Below are positions 1 to 12,287 of a stretch of 64,000 nt of DNA, piece by piece. Origin of the DNA: Okamejei kenojei (lineage: Eukaryota); the NCBI GenBank assembly GCA_035221665.1, contig CM069155.1, positions 29,698,001-29,762,000 of the forward strand, in the 5' to 3' direction. Each line of letters opens with the position of its first letter. Position 1 is the first letter of the stretch. A model generated the notes under the pieces. It saw only the letters and a list, made by a program, of their open reading frames with translations. It ran no database searches and was not told the DNA's origin. Both the position numbers and the translations under genes were made by a program.

Positions 1-33
1 TGGCACTCTATGCGTTAGCTTTCTCCGCAGTTT
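1..33 (+). CDS. IGL: Ig light chain cluster 1, leader exon (5' part outside window)
   Basis: Reads ..ALYALAFSAV + t, then GTGAGT donor at 34; homologous to the complete leaders at 26341, 42207 and 57852. Confidence 0.88.
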
Positions 34-158
34 GTGAGTATTTTACTTCCACCGACATAATATTTAATCTCGAATACGATTAAAAGTTTCTATTGCTGAT
101 ACTTCTGTTGTTTATCTAATAATAGTTAATGCTCTATATTTTCTGGTTTGTTTTCCAG

Positions 159-503
159 GCATAAATGCGCTAGTTACACTAAATCAGCCACCTTCAATGT
201 CCACGTCTCCGGGGCAAAACGTGGAAATATCCTGTATCGTGACTGGTGGCAATTTAGGTAGTAATTATGCTTCCTGGTACCAGCAGATTCCCGGAGCGGT
301 TCCGCGGTTTCTGTTCTACTATTACTCGGGCAGCAGCATTACTAGAGGCTCGGGAGTTTCTGACCGTTTCTCCGGATCAGTGTCAGGCAACACTGCAACA
401 TTGACAATAGCGAATGTGCAGTCTGCGGACGCTGCGGACTACTACTGTGCTGCGTGGATAAGTGCTTTATTCTTCGGCAAAGGAACGAGGCTGGGTATTG
501 GCA
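159..503 (+). CDS. IGL: Ig lambda-type (type II) light chain cluster 1, germline-joined VJ exon
   Basis: ttttccAG acceptor 157-158; (C)INALVTLNQPPSMSTSPGQNVEISC..WYQQ..DAADYYC-AAWISALF-FGKGTRLGIG; phase-1 GTAAGT donor at 504; V and J fused in frame, no RSS. Confidence 0.95.
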
Positions 504-797
504 GTAAGTAAACTATCTTCTACCTATGGTTTATTGATACAGCTATGATTTTTTTTTTTTTGTCGCTGATTGATGTTTCCATTAAAAGGCGTTTAAAGCT
601 GATTTTTAAAGAATACCCGACTAAGATCGAATCTCCTTTGGCAAATTTGTTGACAACATCAATGAAAGGACGAAATGACTGTGCAGCTGTTATCTTTTTA
701 TTTCTTAATTACTTTTCGGACGATGAGCTAACAATGACCAAGCCAGGGTACGAATAAAACCGACCGTATGGAAACGCGAATTGACAATAGAGTGACA

Positions 798-1248
798 AGG
801 AGTTTGTACGTTCTCCCCGTGACTGCGTGGGGTTTCTCCGAGATCTTCACTTTTCTCCCACGCTCCAAAGACGTACAGACGTGTACGTCTGTATACCAGA
901 GATGCTGCCTGACCCACTGAGGCACTCCAATGCTTTTTGGGTGTTTTGTTTTGCAAATCAGCATCTGCAGTTCCTTGTCACTGAAGGGTCTCGACCCGAA
1001 ACGTCGCCTATCTCCTTCGCTCCTTAGATGCTGCTGCACCCGCTGAGTTTCTCCAGCCTTTTGTGTACCCACTCTAATGTGAATTCGCGTTTCCATACGG
1101 TCGGTTTTATTCGTACCCTGGCTTGGCTCGGTATAAATGTAAATTGTCCCTAGTGTGTGTAGGGTAGCGTTAATGTGCGGGGATCGCTGGTCGGTGCGGA
1201 TTCGGTGGGCCGAATGTCCTGTTTCCGCGCTGTATTTCTAAACTAAAC
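798..1248 (+). mobile_element. V-SINE (HE1-like) fragment in the cluster 1 J-C intron, split by an inverted duplication and a Penelope tail piece
   Basis: V-domain-like ggagtttgtacgttctccccgtgactgcgtgggg...ctcccacgctccaaagacg (798-880); LINE-derived 3' tail ...gggccgaa..cctgtttccgcgctgtatttctaaactaaa (~1127-1248). Confidence 0.7.
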
Positions 1249-3009
1249 CAAGAAGACACCTGAAGCTTCGGCATTAACGCGTTCGGATTTTAAAAACCCG
1301 TATTAAGCTTAATCACAAGCCTGGAACTGCTGCAACAATTCATGAGAGTTTATTGTATTTACCTTACTTTGTTTTCGATATCGAAAGAGTTCAACTAGAA
1401 AATATTACAATAAAATTAATTATCCGTGCAAGCGTTCGCCACCTTCTGCAAGTTCTTTCGTGCCCTTAGATTTTTTCCTAAACTAGCAGTATAGAATATA
1501 TTCTTGTAATGTTCGCGACCTGACAAGAGTTTTATGGCAAAGAATGAAACAGAGGAAATTAAACAAAATTATGATTTAGCCGAGTAATTAGAACAGTCCT
1601 CTTCATAGAAGTTAAGAAATATTATGTTAGTTTCACACGCTCACGAGTTGTCGGAATATAATTAGGCCGTTCGGCCCATCGAGTCTACTCCGCCATTCAA
1701 ACATGTCTGATCTCTTCCTCCTAATCTAATGTTTCCTGTCTTCTCCCCTTAACATCCATGCTAATCAAAACATTTTCTGAAATCACTGAATCTGCCTCAA
1801 AAATATCAACTGATTTTCAAATAAATCAAATCATATTTCGAGAGGACTAACTGCCAAATTTATTTTTATCCTGTGTTATACTTTTAAAGCTGCTTAAAAA
1901 TTGCCTGTATGCTTTTTTTGTAAGTGTTAAAGAATGACCAATATTTAGCCGGGATAACCATCGGAAGCAAACAATAACGCCGGGCAGCGACATTGGATTT
2001 GAAATCGTCCATTGTTATGAATCTATGGTTTTTCATTAATTGTTATGCTTTCAAATGTTTGTTTAATTGTGTCTCCCGGACATATTCAAAGTCAATGTAC
2101 CTAAACACACTGCGGCCAATGATTTGCTGCTAATGCGATATTGAATTACATTAGACTTAGAGCATGCAGATTCTGGAATCAATGGGACAGCGAATATTTC
2201 AATTTTACACGAGAAATAAGTTTAAGCAATTTGCGCATTAGACAATAGACAATAGGTGCAGGAGCAGGCAATTCGGCCCTTCGTGCCAGCACGACCAAAT
2301 TGAATTTCCCAAAAATATCAGTTGAAATCCGTTTTATTGCAGGTGATGACAGCCTATTTTCTTTTTTGCCATTGAGTGCACGGAGTGAGATTCGCTGTTC
2401 AAATTCAGAAATTGAGCTAATTTTTTACTCCAAAAAGAAGAAACGTATACGTTTCAACATAAATGTAAATCATGTCAAAATCAATTACAGATGCGGAAAC
2501 ACAGTGAAATCACTGTTGCTGCAAAACTAATGTATGCATCGATGGGTAAAATGGCAAATTATTCGTGTCCCATTTATCGAATCCTTCATGACACTTCGGT
2601 CTTTGGTCTTAATAAACGAAAGTGTCCAAATAAGACAGGTTTTTAGTTGAACTTGTTTAGTTGAACAATTGTTCCACAATTTAAAAAAACTGCAAATGGC
2701 TGTCGGGTACAACACGCGATTTTTATTTCAACTGGAGCCGATGGAAATAATACTCTGGAGATCAATTAAAAACATTTACGAAATAATTTATATAAAACCA
2801 ATAAATAGAACGTGTCCCATTGTCATAAATACCAATTAATCTTCGGAGATCACACCTGGAGATTATCTCAGGTGCGTAATCGAACAATTTGAAATAAGTG
2901 GAGGAAAAATGTTTATTAATTAAAATGAATGGATCCATGGTATTTTTAACCATGTTTTAACCGAAGCAGTTCTTCAACCCCCACTAATCTGTGACTTTAT
3001 TTCAAACAG

Positions 3010-3332
3010 CACCTCGCGCCCCTGCAGTGTCCCTCCTCCGACCTTCAGCGGAAGAAATCACGGGAAAGGGCACCGCCACCCTGGTGTGTTTGGTGAGCGG
3101 GTTTAATCCGGGTGCAGTGAATATTGAGTGGACCGTGGACGGCAGTGCGAGAAGTGACGGCGTTGAGACCAGCCGAATCCAGCAGGAGAAGGACAACACG
3201 TTTAGTGCAATCAGTTACCTGACTCTGCCCGCCATAGTCTGGAACTCAAACGACCTTTACTCCTGTGTGGTTAAACACGAAACCCAGGCAATCCCGCTTA
3301 AGGCAGACATCGCCAGATCCGGCTGCCTCTAA
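3010..3332 (+). CDS. IGL: Ig lambda-type light chain cluster 1, constant exon
   Basis: CTAAT branch site and acAG acceptor 3008-3009; C1-set motifs ATLVCLV, W, YSCVVKHE; penultimate Cys (SGCL*); resembles chondrichthyan type II C regions. Confidence 0.95.
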
Positions 3333-3623
3333 AACTCCTCAATTCCACCCAATAGTGCCGTAGAAATATCTGTTGATCCTTCTTTCTTTCTTTATTTCTG
3401 AGAAATTGCTCTGGAAATATTGTTTGTTTGCGTTTAAAATTGTCGTTTGTCTTGCCAATTGTGAACGCCATTCCATTAAAGCAATCAAATTGTTAATTGA
3501 ACCTCCAATGTTATTCAATCTCAGCTGATGCATCGTCAAATATTCATTAATATTCAGTGGTCTTAAGATTGTACTCTGGATTTTTGCTTGCTACATAAAT
3601 CATAAATTCAAACACGACTGTCA

Positions 3624-3629
3624 AATAAA
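3624..3629 (+). promoter_or_regulatory. Polyadenylation signal of cluster 1
   Basis: AATAAA ~290 nt after the stop; retained at the same position behind the pseudo-C (~17245). Confidence 0.65.
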
Positions 3630-3825
3630 ATCAATAGACCAGTATTAAGAACAATACATTTCCGTGACTATTATTTCTCATACGGAAGCAGTCAAATGTA
3701 TGAAATCAAGATGTATGGTTTTTGACCTGATAGACAAAACACCGATTTAGGTTGTCGAACGTTATTTAAAACCGGTGACTTTAAATTGGTTCACCTTGCC
3801 CAGCGCTCGCCAAGAGCACACAGAA

Positions 3826-3877
3826 ACACACACACACACACACACACACTCTCTCTCTCTCACACACACACGCACGC
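3826..3877. repeat. (CA)n/(CT)n microsatellite
   Basis: Read directly from the sequence. Confidence 0.9.
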
Positions 3878-3984
3878 TTGATGGAGCGCTCATACGGAAT
3901 CTCATTCGGGTCAGGGCGGCTGAATAATATATACGGGCCTACTAATCAATTAGGAATCTATGTCGAACATGATGCTAAAACTGA

Positions 3985-4800
3985 GGGACACCTCCGACAC
4001 CTCCCTCCCCGTTCTTGACCTCGCAGTCTCCATCACAGGAGATAGACTATCGACTGACGTCTATTACAAACCTACTGACTCCCACAACTATCTCGGCTAC
4101 ACTTCTTCCCACCCGGCTTCTTGCAAAGGCTATCCCCTACGCCCAATTCGTCCGTCTCCACCGCATCTGCGCACAAGATGGGGTGTTCCACACCCGGACA
4201 CCCGTGATGTCCTCATTCTTATCCCCTCTCCCATCACAGATTATACCCTCACTCGTGTCTCCTCGGTGTCCGCAACTCCGTCCTTGCCCCCCCCCCCCCC
4301 CCCACTACCACTAGTCGCAACCTTTAACCCCATCAGTCGTCGCATAAAACACATAATCCTTCAACATTTTCGCCACCGCCAACGGGATCCCAACACTAGT
4401 CTCATCTTTCCATCTCCACCCCCTTTCGCCTTCCGCAAAGACCGTTTCCTCTGCAACTCCCTAGGTAACTCATCCCTTCCCATCAAAATTACCCCCTCCC
4501 CAGGTATCTTCTCCTGCAACCACAGGAGGTACAACACCTGTGCGTATACCTCCTCCCTCGTCTCCGTCCAGAGACCCCGACAGTCGTTTTAGGTTAGGCA
4601 ATGTTTCATTTGCACCTCCTCCATCTTCATCCACTGTATCCGTTGTTCAAGAAGCGGACTCTTGATTCTCTCATATTTCGCTTGGACAGCCTACAGCCCA
4701 GTGGAATGACTGTTGATTGCTCTAACATCCAATAATCCCGGCATTCCCTCTCTCTCTTTCCCTCCCTCATTCGTCCTACCAGCTTCTTACCTTCACCAAA
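3985..4800 (+). mobile_element. Degenerate Penelope-like element fragment (RT C-terminus to pLTR)
   Basis: LDLAVSITGDRLSTDVYYKPTDSHNYL..HP, IPYAQFVRLHRIC; homologous to 14099-16274 and to the duplicate at 17495-18490. Confidence 0.85.
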
Positions 4801-5089
4801 TGATCGCCTAACAATGGGGTGAAGAGGGAGAGACAAATCAACCATGATTGAATGGCGGAGTTGTCTTGATGGGCCAAGTGGCCTAATTCTACTGTTCCTT
4901 ATGCCCTTATGACCTTTTCACTGGTCCGCGTGGAATCGGTGGCCCGAAGTGCCTGTTTCCGCGCTGCTTAGCTGCACTAAACTAAACTGAAAATTCTTAC
5001 TAAAATGCATGTGTACAACATAGAGCCCTACCTTCATCAATCCCCTTCGTCATCTCTGCAAACAACGTAACCAATTTATTAAGACAAGG

Positions 5090-5900
5090 CTTGCCACCTA
5101 GCCAAGGTAAGCTAGCCAAGAATATAAAGGAATATACTAAAAGCATCTTTCGGTATGTGAAGAGGAAAAAAATTGTTAAGACCAAAGTTGGACCCTTGAA
5201 GATTAAAAAGGGTGAATTTATTATGGGGATCAAGGAAATGGCAGTTGAGTGGAACACACACTTTGGATCTGTCTTTACTAAGGAGGACACAAACTATCTT
5301 CCTGATGTACTAGCAAGAGGATCTGGGGTGATGGAGGAACTGAAGGAAATGGAGTTGGGTGGACTGATGGGACTGAAGGCTGATAAATCCCCCGGGCTTG
5401 TTTGTCTGCATCCCCCGGTACTTAAGGAGGTGGCTCTGGAAATCGTGGACGCATTTGTGGTCATTTTCCAATGTTCTATAAATTCAGGATCAGTTTCTGT
5501 GGATTGGAGGGTAAATAATGTTATCCCACTTTTCAAGAAAGGCGGGAGAGAGAAAACAGGGAATTAGAGACCATTTGCTTGACATCGGTGATGGGAAAGA
5601 TGCTGGGGTCAGTCATAAAAGATCAAATATCGGCACATTTGGATAGCGCTAACAGTATCGGTCCGAGTCACCACTGATTTACGAAGGGGAAATCACGCCT
5701 GACTAATCTTCTGGATTTTTTTGAGGATGTAACTAGGAAAATGGATATGGGAGAGCCAGTGGATGTAGTGTACCTGGACTTTCAGAAAGCATTTGATAAG
5801 GTCCCACATTGGAAACGAGTCTGTAAATTGACGGCACATGGTATTGTGGGTAGAATGCCGACATGAATAGAACATTTGATTGACAGACAGGAAACAAAGA
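5090..5900 (+). mobile_element. Old host CR1 LINE, segment 1 (continues 9455-10046, 12163-12287, 13761-14012)
   Basis: ORF2 remnants KADKSPG..HPPVLKE, PLFKKGGREKTGN, VYLDFQKAFDKV; colinear with the uninterrupted copy at 18660-20045. Confidence 0.85.
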
Positions 5901-6427
5901 AGGGTAGCAAAAAGAGGAGGGCAATTGTAATAGGGGACTCTATAGTTAGGGGGTCGGATGGGCGATTCTGTGGACGCAGTCGGGAGACCCGGATGGTAAT
6001 TTGCCTCCCTGGTGCCAGGGTCTCGCATGTGTCGGAACGTGTCCAAAAGATTCTGAAAAGGGAGGGAGAGGAGCCTGATGTTGTGGTACACATAGGTACC
6101 AATGATATAGGCAGAAAAAGAGATGAGGTCCTGAAGGGAGAATTTAGGGAGTTGGGGGGAAAGTTAAGGAGAAGGACCAAAAGGGTAACGATTTCAGGAT
6201 TACTGCCTGCGCCGCGTGACAGTGAGAGTAGGAATGGAATGAGGTGGAGGATAAATGCGTGGCTGAGGGACTGGTGCAATGGGCAGGGATTCAAGTTTCT
6301 TGATCACTGGGACCTCTTTTGGGGAAGGCATGATCTGTACAAAAAGGACGGGTTGCACTTGAACCCGAGGGGGACCAATATCCTGGCAGCGAGATTTGCA
6401 AAGGCTACTGGGGAGACTTTAAACTAG
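5901..6427 (+). CDS. CR1 ORF1 SGNH/GDSL esterase domain (5'-truncated)
   Basis: AIVIGDSIVRG, CLPGARV, VVHIGTND and DGLHLN blocks typical of CR1 ORF1p esterase. Confidence 0.85.
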
Positions 6428-6764
6428 AAAGGCTGGGGGGAGGGACTCGGGTAGAGGGGGCTAGGGGACAGGGTGTGGGGCAAGAGGCAGAGAAGGGAAG
6501 CACTCGGACCCAAAATGTAGGCGAGAAAGAGGAAAAAGATAATAGACAGAGAATAAGGGATGGTGGGTTTCTAAAATGTTAGGAGCTAGGAGCATTGTAA
6601 GAAAGGTGGATAAACTTAGAGCCTGGATTGACACCTGGAAATATGATGTTGTGGCAATCAGTAAAACATGGTTGTAGGACGGCTGTGATTGGAAACTAAA
6701 TATTCCAGGATTTCGTTGCTTCAGGTGTGATAGTATTGGAGGGACCAGAGGTGGAGGTGTTGAA

Positions 6765-9083
6765 TTGCTTGTCAGAGAGGATATTACAGCAGTGCTTTGG
6801 CAGGATAGATTAGAGGGCTCGTCTAGCGAGGCTATTTGGGTGGAACTGAGAAGTGGGAACGGTGTAGCAACGCTTTTAGGGGTGTATTATAGACCGCCAA
6901 ATGGGGAGCGAGAATTGGAAGAGCAAATATGTAAGGAGATAGCAGATATTAGTAGTAAGCACAAGGTAGTGATTGTGGGAGATTTCAATTTTACAAAAAT
7001 AGACTGGGAAACACATTATGTAAATGGGCTGGATGGTTTGGAGTTTGTAAAATGTGTGCAGGATAGTTTTTTGCAGCAGTACATAGAGGTATCGACCAGA
7101 GAAGGGGCAGTGCTGGACCTCCTGTTAGGAAATGAGGCAGGTCAGGTGACGGAGGTATGCGTTGGTGAGCACTTCGGGACCAGTGATCACAATACCATTA
7201 GTTTCAATATAATTATGGAGAGAGTTAGAACTGGACCTAGGGTGGAGATTTTTGATTGGAGAAAGGTTAACTTTGAGGGAATGCGTAAGGATTTAAAAGG
7301 AGTGAATTGGGACACTTTGTTTTATGGGAAGGATGTAGAAGAGAAATGGAGGACATTTAAAGGGGAAATTGTAAGAGTACAGAATCTTTGTGTCCCTGTT
7401 AGGGTGAAAGAAAAAAGTAAAAATTGGAAAGAGCCATGGTTCTCAAGGGAAATTGGACATTTGTTTCGAAAAAAGAGAGATACCTACAATAATTATAGGA
7501 GGCATGGAGTAAATGAGGTGCTAGAGGAGTATAAAGAATGTAAAAAGAATCTTAAGAAAGAAATTAGGAAGGCTAAAAGAAGATATGAGGTTGCTTTGGC
7601 AAGAAAGGTGAAAGTAAATCCAAAGGGTTTCTACAGCTATATTAATAGCAAAAGGATAACGAGGGATAAAATTGGACCATTAGAGAGACAGAATGGACAG
7701 CTATCTGCAGAGCCAAAAGAGATGGGGGAGATATTGAATAATTTCTTTTCTTCGGTATTCACCAAGGAGAAGGATATTGAACTATGCGAGGTAAGGGAAA
7801 AAAGTAGAGTAGCTATGGAAACTATGAGATTCAAAGAGGAGGAAGTACTGACACTTTTGAAAAATATAAAAGTGGATAAGTCTCCAGATCCTGACAGGAT
7901 ATTCCCTAGGACATTGAGGGAAGTTAGTGTAGAAATAGCAGGAGCTATGACAGAAATATGTCAAATGTCATTAGAAACGGGAATAGTGCCGGAGGATTGG
8001 CGTATTGCGCATGTTGTTCCATTGTTTAAAAATGGTTCAAAGAATAAATCTAGCAATAATGGACCTGTTAGTTTGACGTCAGTAGTGGGTAAATTAATGG
8101 AAAAGATACTTAGAGATAATATATATAAGCATCTGGATAAACAAGGTCTGATCAGGAACAGACAACATGGATTTGTGCCTGGAAGGTCATGTTTGACAAA
8201 CCTTCTTGAATTTTTTGAAGCGGTTACTAGGGAAATTGATGAGGGTAAAGCAGTGGATGTTGTCTATATGGATTTCAGTAAGGCCTTTGACAAGGTTCCC
8301 CATGGAAGGTTGGTTAAGAAGGTTCAATCTTTGGGTGTTAATGGCGGAGTAGCAAGATGGATTCAACAGTGGCTGAATGAGAGATGTCAGAGAGTAATGG
8401 TGGATGGCTGTTTGTCAGGTTGGAAGCTGGTGACCAGTGGGGTGCCTCGGGGATCTGTGTTGGGTCCACTGTTGTTTGTCATGTACATCAATGATCTGGA
8501 TGATGGGGTGGAAAATTGGATAAGTAAGTATGCAGATGATACTAAGATAGGTGGTGTTGTGGATAATGAAATAGATTTTCAAAGTCTACAGAGAGATTTG
8601 GGCCATTTGGAAAAGTGGGCTGAAAGATGGCAGATGGAGTTTAATGTTGATAAATGTGAAGTGCTACATCTTGGCAGGACAAATCAAAATAGGACGTACG
8701 TGGTAAATGGTAGGGAATTGAGGAATGCTGTGGAACAGAGAGATCTAGGAATAACTGTGCATAGTTCCCTGAAGGTGGAATCGCATGTAGATGGGGTGGT
8801 AAAGAAAGCCTTTGGTGTGCTGGCCTTTATAAATCAGAGCATTGAATATAGGAGTAGGGAAGTAATGTTAAAATTGTACAAGGCATTGGTAAGACCAATT
8901 CTGGAGTATGGTGTACAATTTTGGTCGCCTAATTATAGGAAGAATGTCAACAAAATAGGGAGAGTACGGAGGAGATTTACTAGAATGTTGCCTGGGATCC
9001 AGCAACTATGTTACAGAGAAAGGTTGAACAAGTTAGGTCTTTATTCTTTGGAGCGCAGAAGGTTAAGGGGGGGACTTGATTGA
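6765..9083 (+). pseudogene. CR1 ORF2 endonuclease/reverse transcriptase (disrupted)
   Basis: 772-aa open stretch with APE and RT motifs; N-terminus broken by a deletion and stop, C-terminus shifted into 9076-9372. Confidence 0.88.
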
Positions 9084-9454
9084 GGTCTTTAAAATGATGA
9101 AAGGGATAGACAGTGTTGACGTGGATAAGCTTTTCCCATTGAGGGTAGGGAAGATTCAAACAAGAGGGCATGACATGCGAATTAAGGGATGGAAGTTTAG
9201 GGGTAACGTGAGGGGGAACTTCTTTACTCAGAGGGTGGTGGCTGTGTGGAATGAGCTTCCAGCAGAAGTGGTGGAGGCAGGATCGATTTTAACATTTAAA
9301 AGTAAAGTGGATAGGTATATGGACGGGAAGGGAATGGAGGAGTATGGTCTGAGTGCAGGTAGATGGGGCTAGGGGAAAATAAATGGTCGGCACGGACTGG
9401 AAGGCCGAGAGGGCCTGTTTCCGTGCTGCAATTGTTATATGGTTATATGGTTAT

Positions 9455-10046
9455 AAAGAGTAGGGAAAACTGGTCCCTTTCAGCATGGCAGGCAGTGACT
9501 AATGGGGCACCGCAAGGCACGGTGCTGGGACCACAACTAATTACATTATATATTAATGATTTAGATGAAGGGATTACAAGTAACATTAGCAAATTTACAG
9601 ATGACACAACACTGGGTGGCAGTGTGAACTGTGAGGAGGATGCAATGAGAAAGCAGGGTGGCTTGGACAGGTTGGGTGAGTGGACAGATGCACGGCAGAG
9701 ACAGTGTAATGTGGATAAATGCGAAGTTATCCACTTTGGTAGCAAAAACAGGAAGGTGGATTATTATCTAAATGGTTTCAAGTTGGTAAAACAGGGGGAG
9801 TACAACAGGATCTGGGGGTCCTTGTTCATCAGTCAATGAAAGTAAGCATGCAGGTACAGCAGGCAGTGAAGAAAGGGAATGGCATGTTGGCCTTGATAAC
9901 AACAGGAGGAGTATAGGAGCAAAGAGGTCATTTTGCAGTTGAACAGGGCCCTAGTGAGACCACACCTGGAGGATTGTGCGCAGTTTTGGTCTCCAAATTT
10001 GATGAAGGACATTCTTGCTATTGAGGGAGTGCAGGGGAGGTTTACA
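9455..10046 (+). mobile_element. Old host CR1, segment 2
   Basis: GAPQGTVLGPQL..YINDLD..SKFTDDT; resumes exactly where segment 1 was interrupted. Confidence 0.85.
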
Positions 10047-12162
10047 TAGAAACATAGAAATTAGGTGCAGGAGTAGGCCATTCACCCCTTCGAGCCTGCA
10101 CCGCCATTCAATATGATCATGGCTGATCATCCAACTCAGTATCCCGTACCTGCCTTCTCTCCATACCCTCTGATCCCCTTAGCCACAAGGGCCACATCCA
10201 ACTCACTCTTAAATATAGCCAATGAACTGGCCTCAACTACCCTCTGTGGCAGAGAGTTCCAGAGACTCACCACTCTCTGTGTGAAAAAAGTCTTTCTCAT
10301 CTCGGTCTTAAAGAATTTCCCCCTTATCCTTAAGCTGTGACCCCTTGTCCTGGACTTCCCCAACATCGGGAACAATCTTCCTGCATCTAGCCTGTCCAAC
10401 CCCTTAAGAATTTTGTACGTTTCTATAAGATCCCCTCTCAATCTCCTAAATTCCAGAGAGTATAAACCGAGTATATCCAGTCTTTCTTCATAAGACAGTC
10501 CTGACATCCCAGGAATTAGTCTGGTGAACCTTCTCTGCACTCCCTCTATGGCAATAATGTCCTTCCTCAGATTTGGAGACCAAAACTGTACGCAATACTC
10601 CAGGTGTGGTCTCACCAGGACCCTGTACAACTGAAGTAGAACCTCCCTGCTCCTGTACTCAAATCCTTTTGCTATGAAAGCTAACATACCATTCGCTTTT
10701 TTCACTGCCTGCTGCACCTGCATGCCTACTTTCAATGACTGGTGTACCATGACACCCAGGTCTCGCTGCATCTCCCCTTTTCCTAATCGGCCACCATTTA
10801 AATAATAGTCTGCTTTCCTGTTTTTGCCACCAAAGTGGATAACCTCACATTTATCCACATTATACTGCATCTGCCAAACATTTGCCCACTCACCCAGCCT
10901 ATCCAAGTCACCTTGCAGTCTCCTAGCATCCTCCTCACAGCGAACACTGCCCCCCAGCTTAGTGTCATCCGCAAACTTGGAGATATTGCCTTCAATTCCC
11001 TCATCCAGATCATTAATATATATTGTAAACAGCTGGGGTCCCAGCACTGAGCCCTGCGGTACCCCACAAGTTACTGCCTGCCATTGTGAAAAGGACCCGT
11101 TTACTCCTACTCTTTGCTTCCTGTTTGCCAGCCAGTTCTCTATCCACATCAATACTGAACCCCTAATACCGTATGCTTTAAGTTTGTATACTAATCTCTT
11201 ATGTGGGACCTTGTCGAAAGCCTTCTGGAAGTCCAGATATACCACATCCACTGGTTCTCCTTATCCACGCTACTAGTTACATCCTCGAAAAATTCCACAA
11301 GATTCGTCAGACATGATTTACCTTTTGTAAATCCATGCTGACTTTGTCCAATGATTTCACCACTTTCCAAATGTGCTGCTATCCCATCTTTAATAACTGA
11401 CTCTAGCAGTTTCCCCACTACCGATGTTAGACTAACTGGTCTGTAATTCCCCGTTTTCTCTCTCCCTCCCTTCTTAAAAAGAGGGGTTACATTTGCTACC
11501 CGCCAATCCTCAGGAACTACTCCAGAATCTAAAGAGTTTTGAAAGATTATCACTAATGCATCCACTGTTTCCTGAGCTACTTCCTTAAGTACTCTGGGAT
11601 GCAGCCTATCTGGCCCTGGGGATTTATCGGCCTTTAATCTATTCAATTTACCCAACACCACTTCCCGACTGACCTGGATTTCACTCAATTCCTCCTTTGA
11701 CCCACAGTCCCCTGCTATTTCCGGCAGATTATTTATGTCTTCCTTAGTGAAGACGGAACCAAAGTAGTTATTCAATTGGTCCGCCATATCCTTGTTCCCC
11801 ATGATCAACTCACCTGTTTCTGACTGCAAGGGACCTACATTTGTTTTAACTAACCTCTTTCTCTTCACATATCTATAAAAACTTTTGCAGTCAGTTTTTA
11901 TGTTCCCTGCCAGTTTTCTTTCATAATCTATTTTTCCTTTCCTAATTAAGCCCTTTGTCCTCCTCTGCTGGTCTCTGAATTTCTCCCAGTCCTCTGGTAT
12001 GCTGCTTTTTCTGGCTACTTTGTACGCATCATCCTTTGCTTTGATACTATCCCTGATTTCCCTTGTTATCCACGGATGCACTACCTTCCCCGATTTATTC
12101 TTTTGCCAAACTGGGATGAACAATTTTTGTAGTTCATCCATGCAGTCTTTAAATGTCTTCCA
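10047..12162 (-). mobile_element. Young 5'-truncated CR1 LINE (second subfamily), antisense, nested in host CR1
   Basis: RT ORFs 12141-11191 and 11251-10136 (1-nt frameshift near 11255); (TTTCTATG)n tail; TSD TTTACA 10041-10046/12163-12168. Confidence 0.93.
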
Positions 12163-12287
12163 TTTACAAGGTTAATTCCCAGGAGGTGGTTGACAGTCAT
12201 ATGCTGAGAAAATGCAGCGGCTGGGATTGTATAACCCTGGAACTTAGAAGGATGACAGGGTATCTTATTGAAACATATAAGATTATT

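Larger units (their letters stand above)
5901..9454 (+). mobile_element. Young 5'-truncated CR1 LINE (ORF1 SGNH esterase + ORF2 APE-RT), defective, nested in host CR1
   Basis: ORF1 GDSIVRG/HIGTND/DGLHLN; ORF2 GDFN, SDH, YMDFSKAFDKV, YADD; (ATGGTTAT)n tail; apparent AAAGA TSD 5896-5900/9455-9459; TAG at 6675-6677 and a frameshift in the G run near 9070. Confidence 0.93.

Noticed and set aside
443-449. TACTGTG cryptic RSS heptamer at the end of FR3 (also 26791-26797), suggesting V replacement
   Set aside because: Forced by the Tyr-Cys codons, changed to TACTGCG in clusters 3 and 4, no convincing nonamer, and no unjoined donor V in the window
197-511. ORF-track starts and ends for the V and C ORFs (e.g. 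MSTSPG...GSK, MTLFQT...)
   Set aside because: True boundaries are splice sites; the terminal 'SK*' is the GTAAGTAA donor read through
5876-6427. Host SGNH hydrolase gene
   Set aside because: It is CR1 ORF1, directly upstream of ORF2 and inside the TSD-bounded insertion
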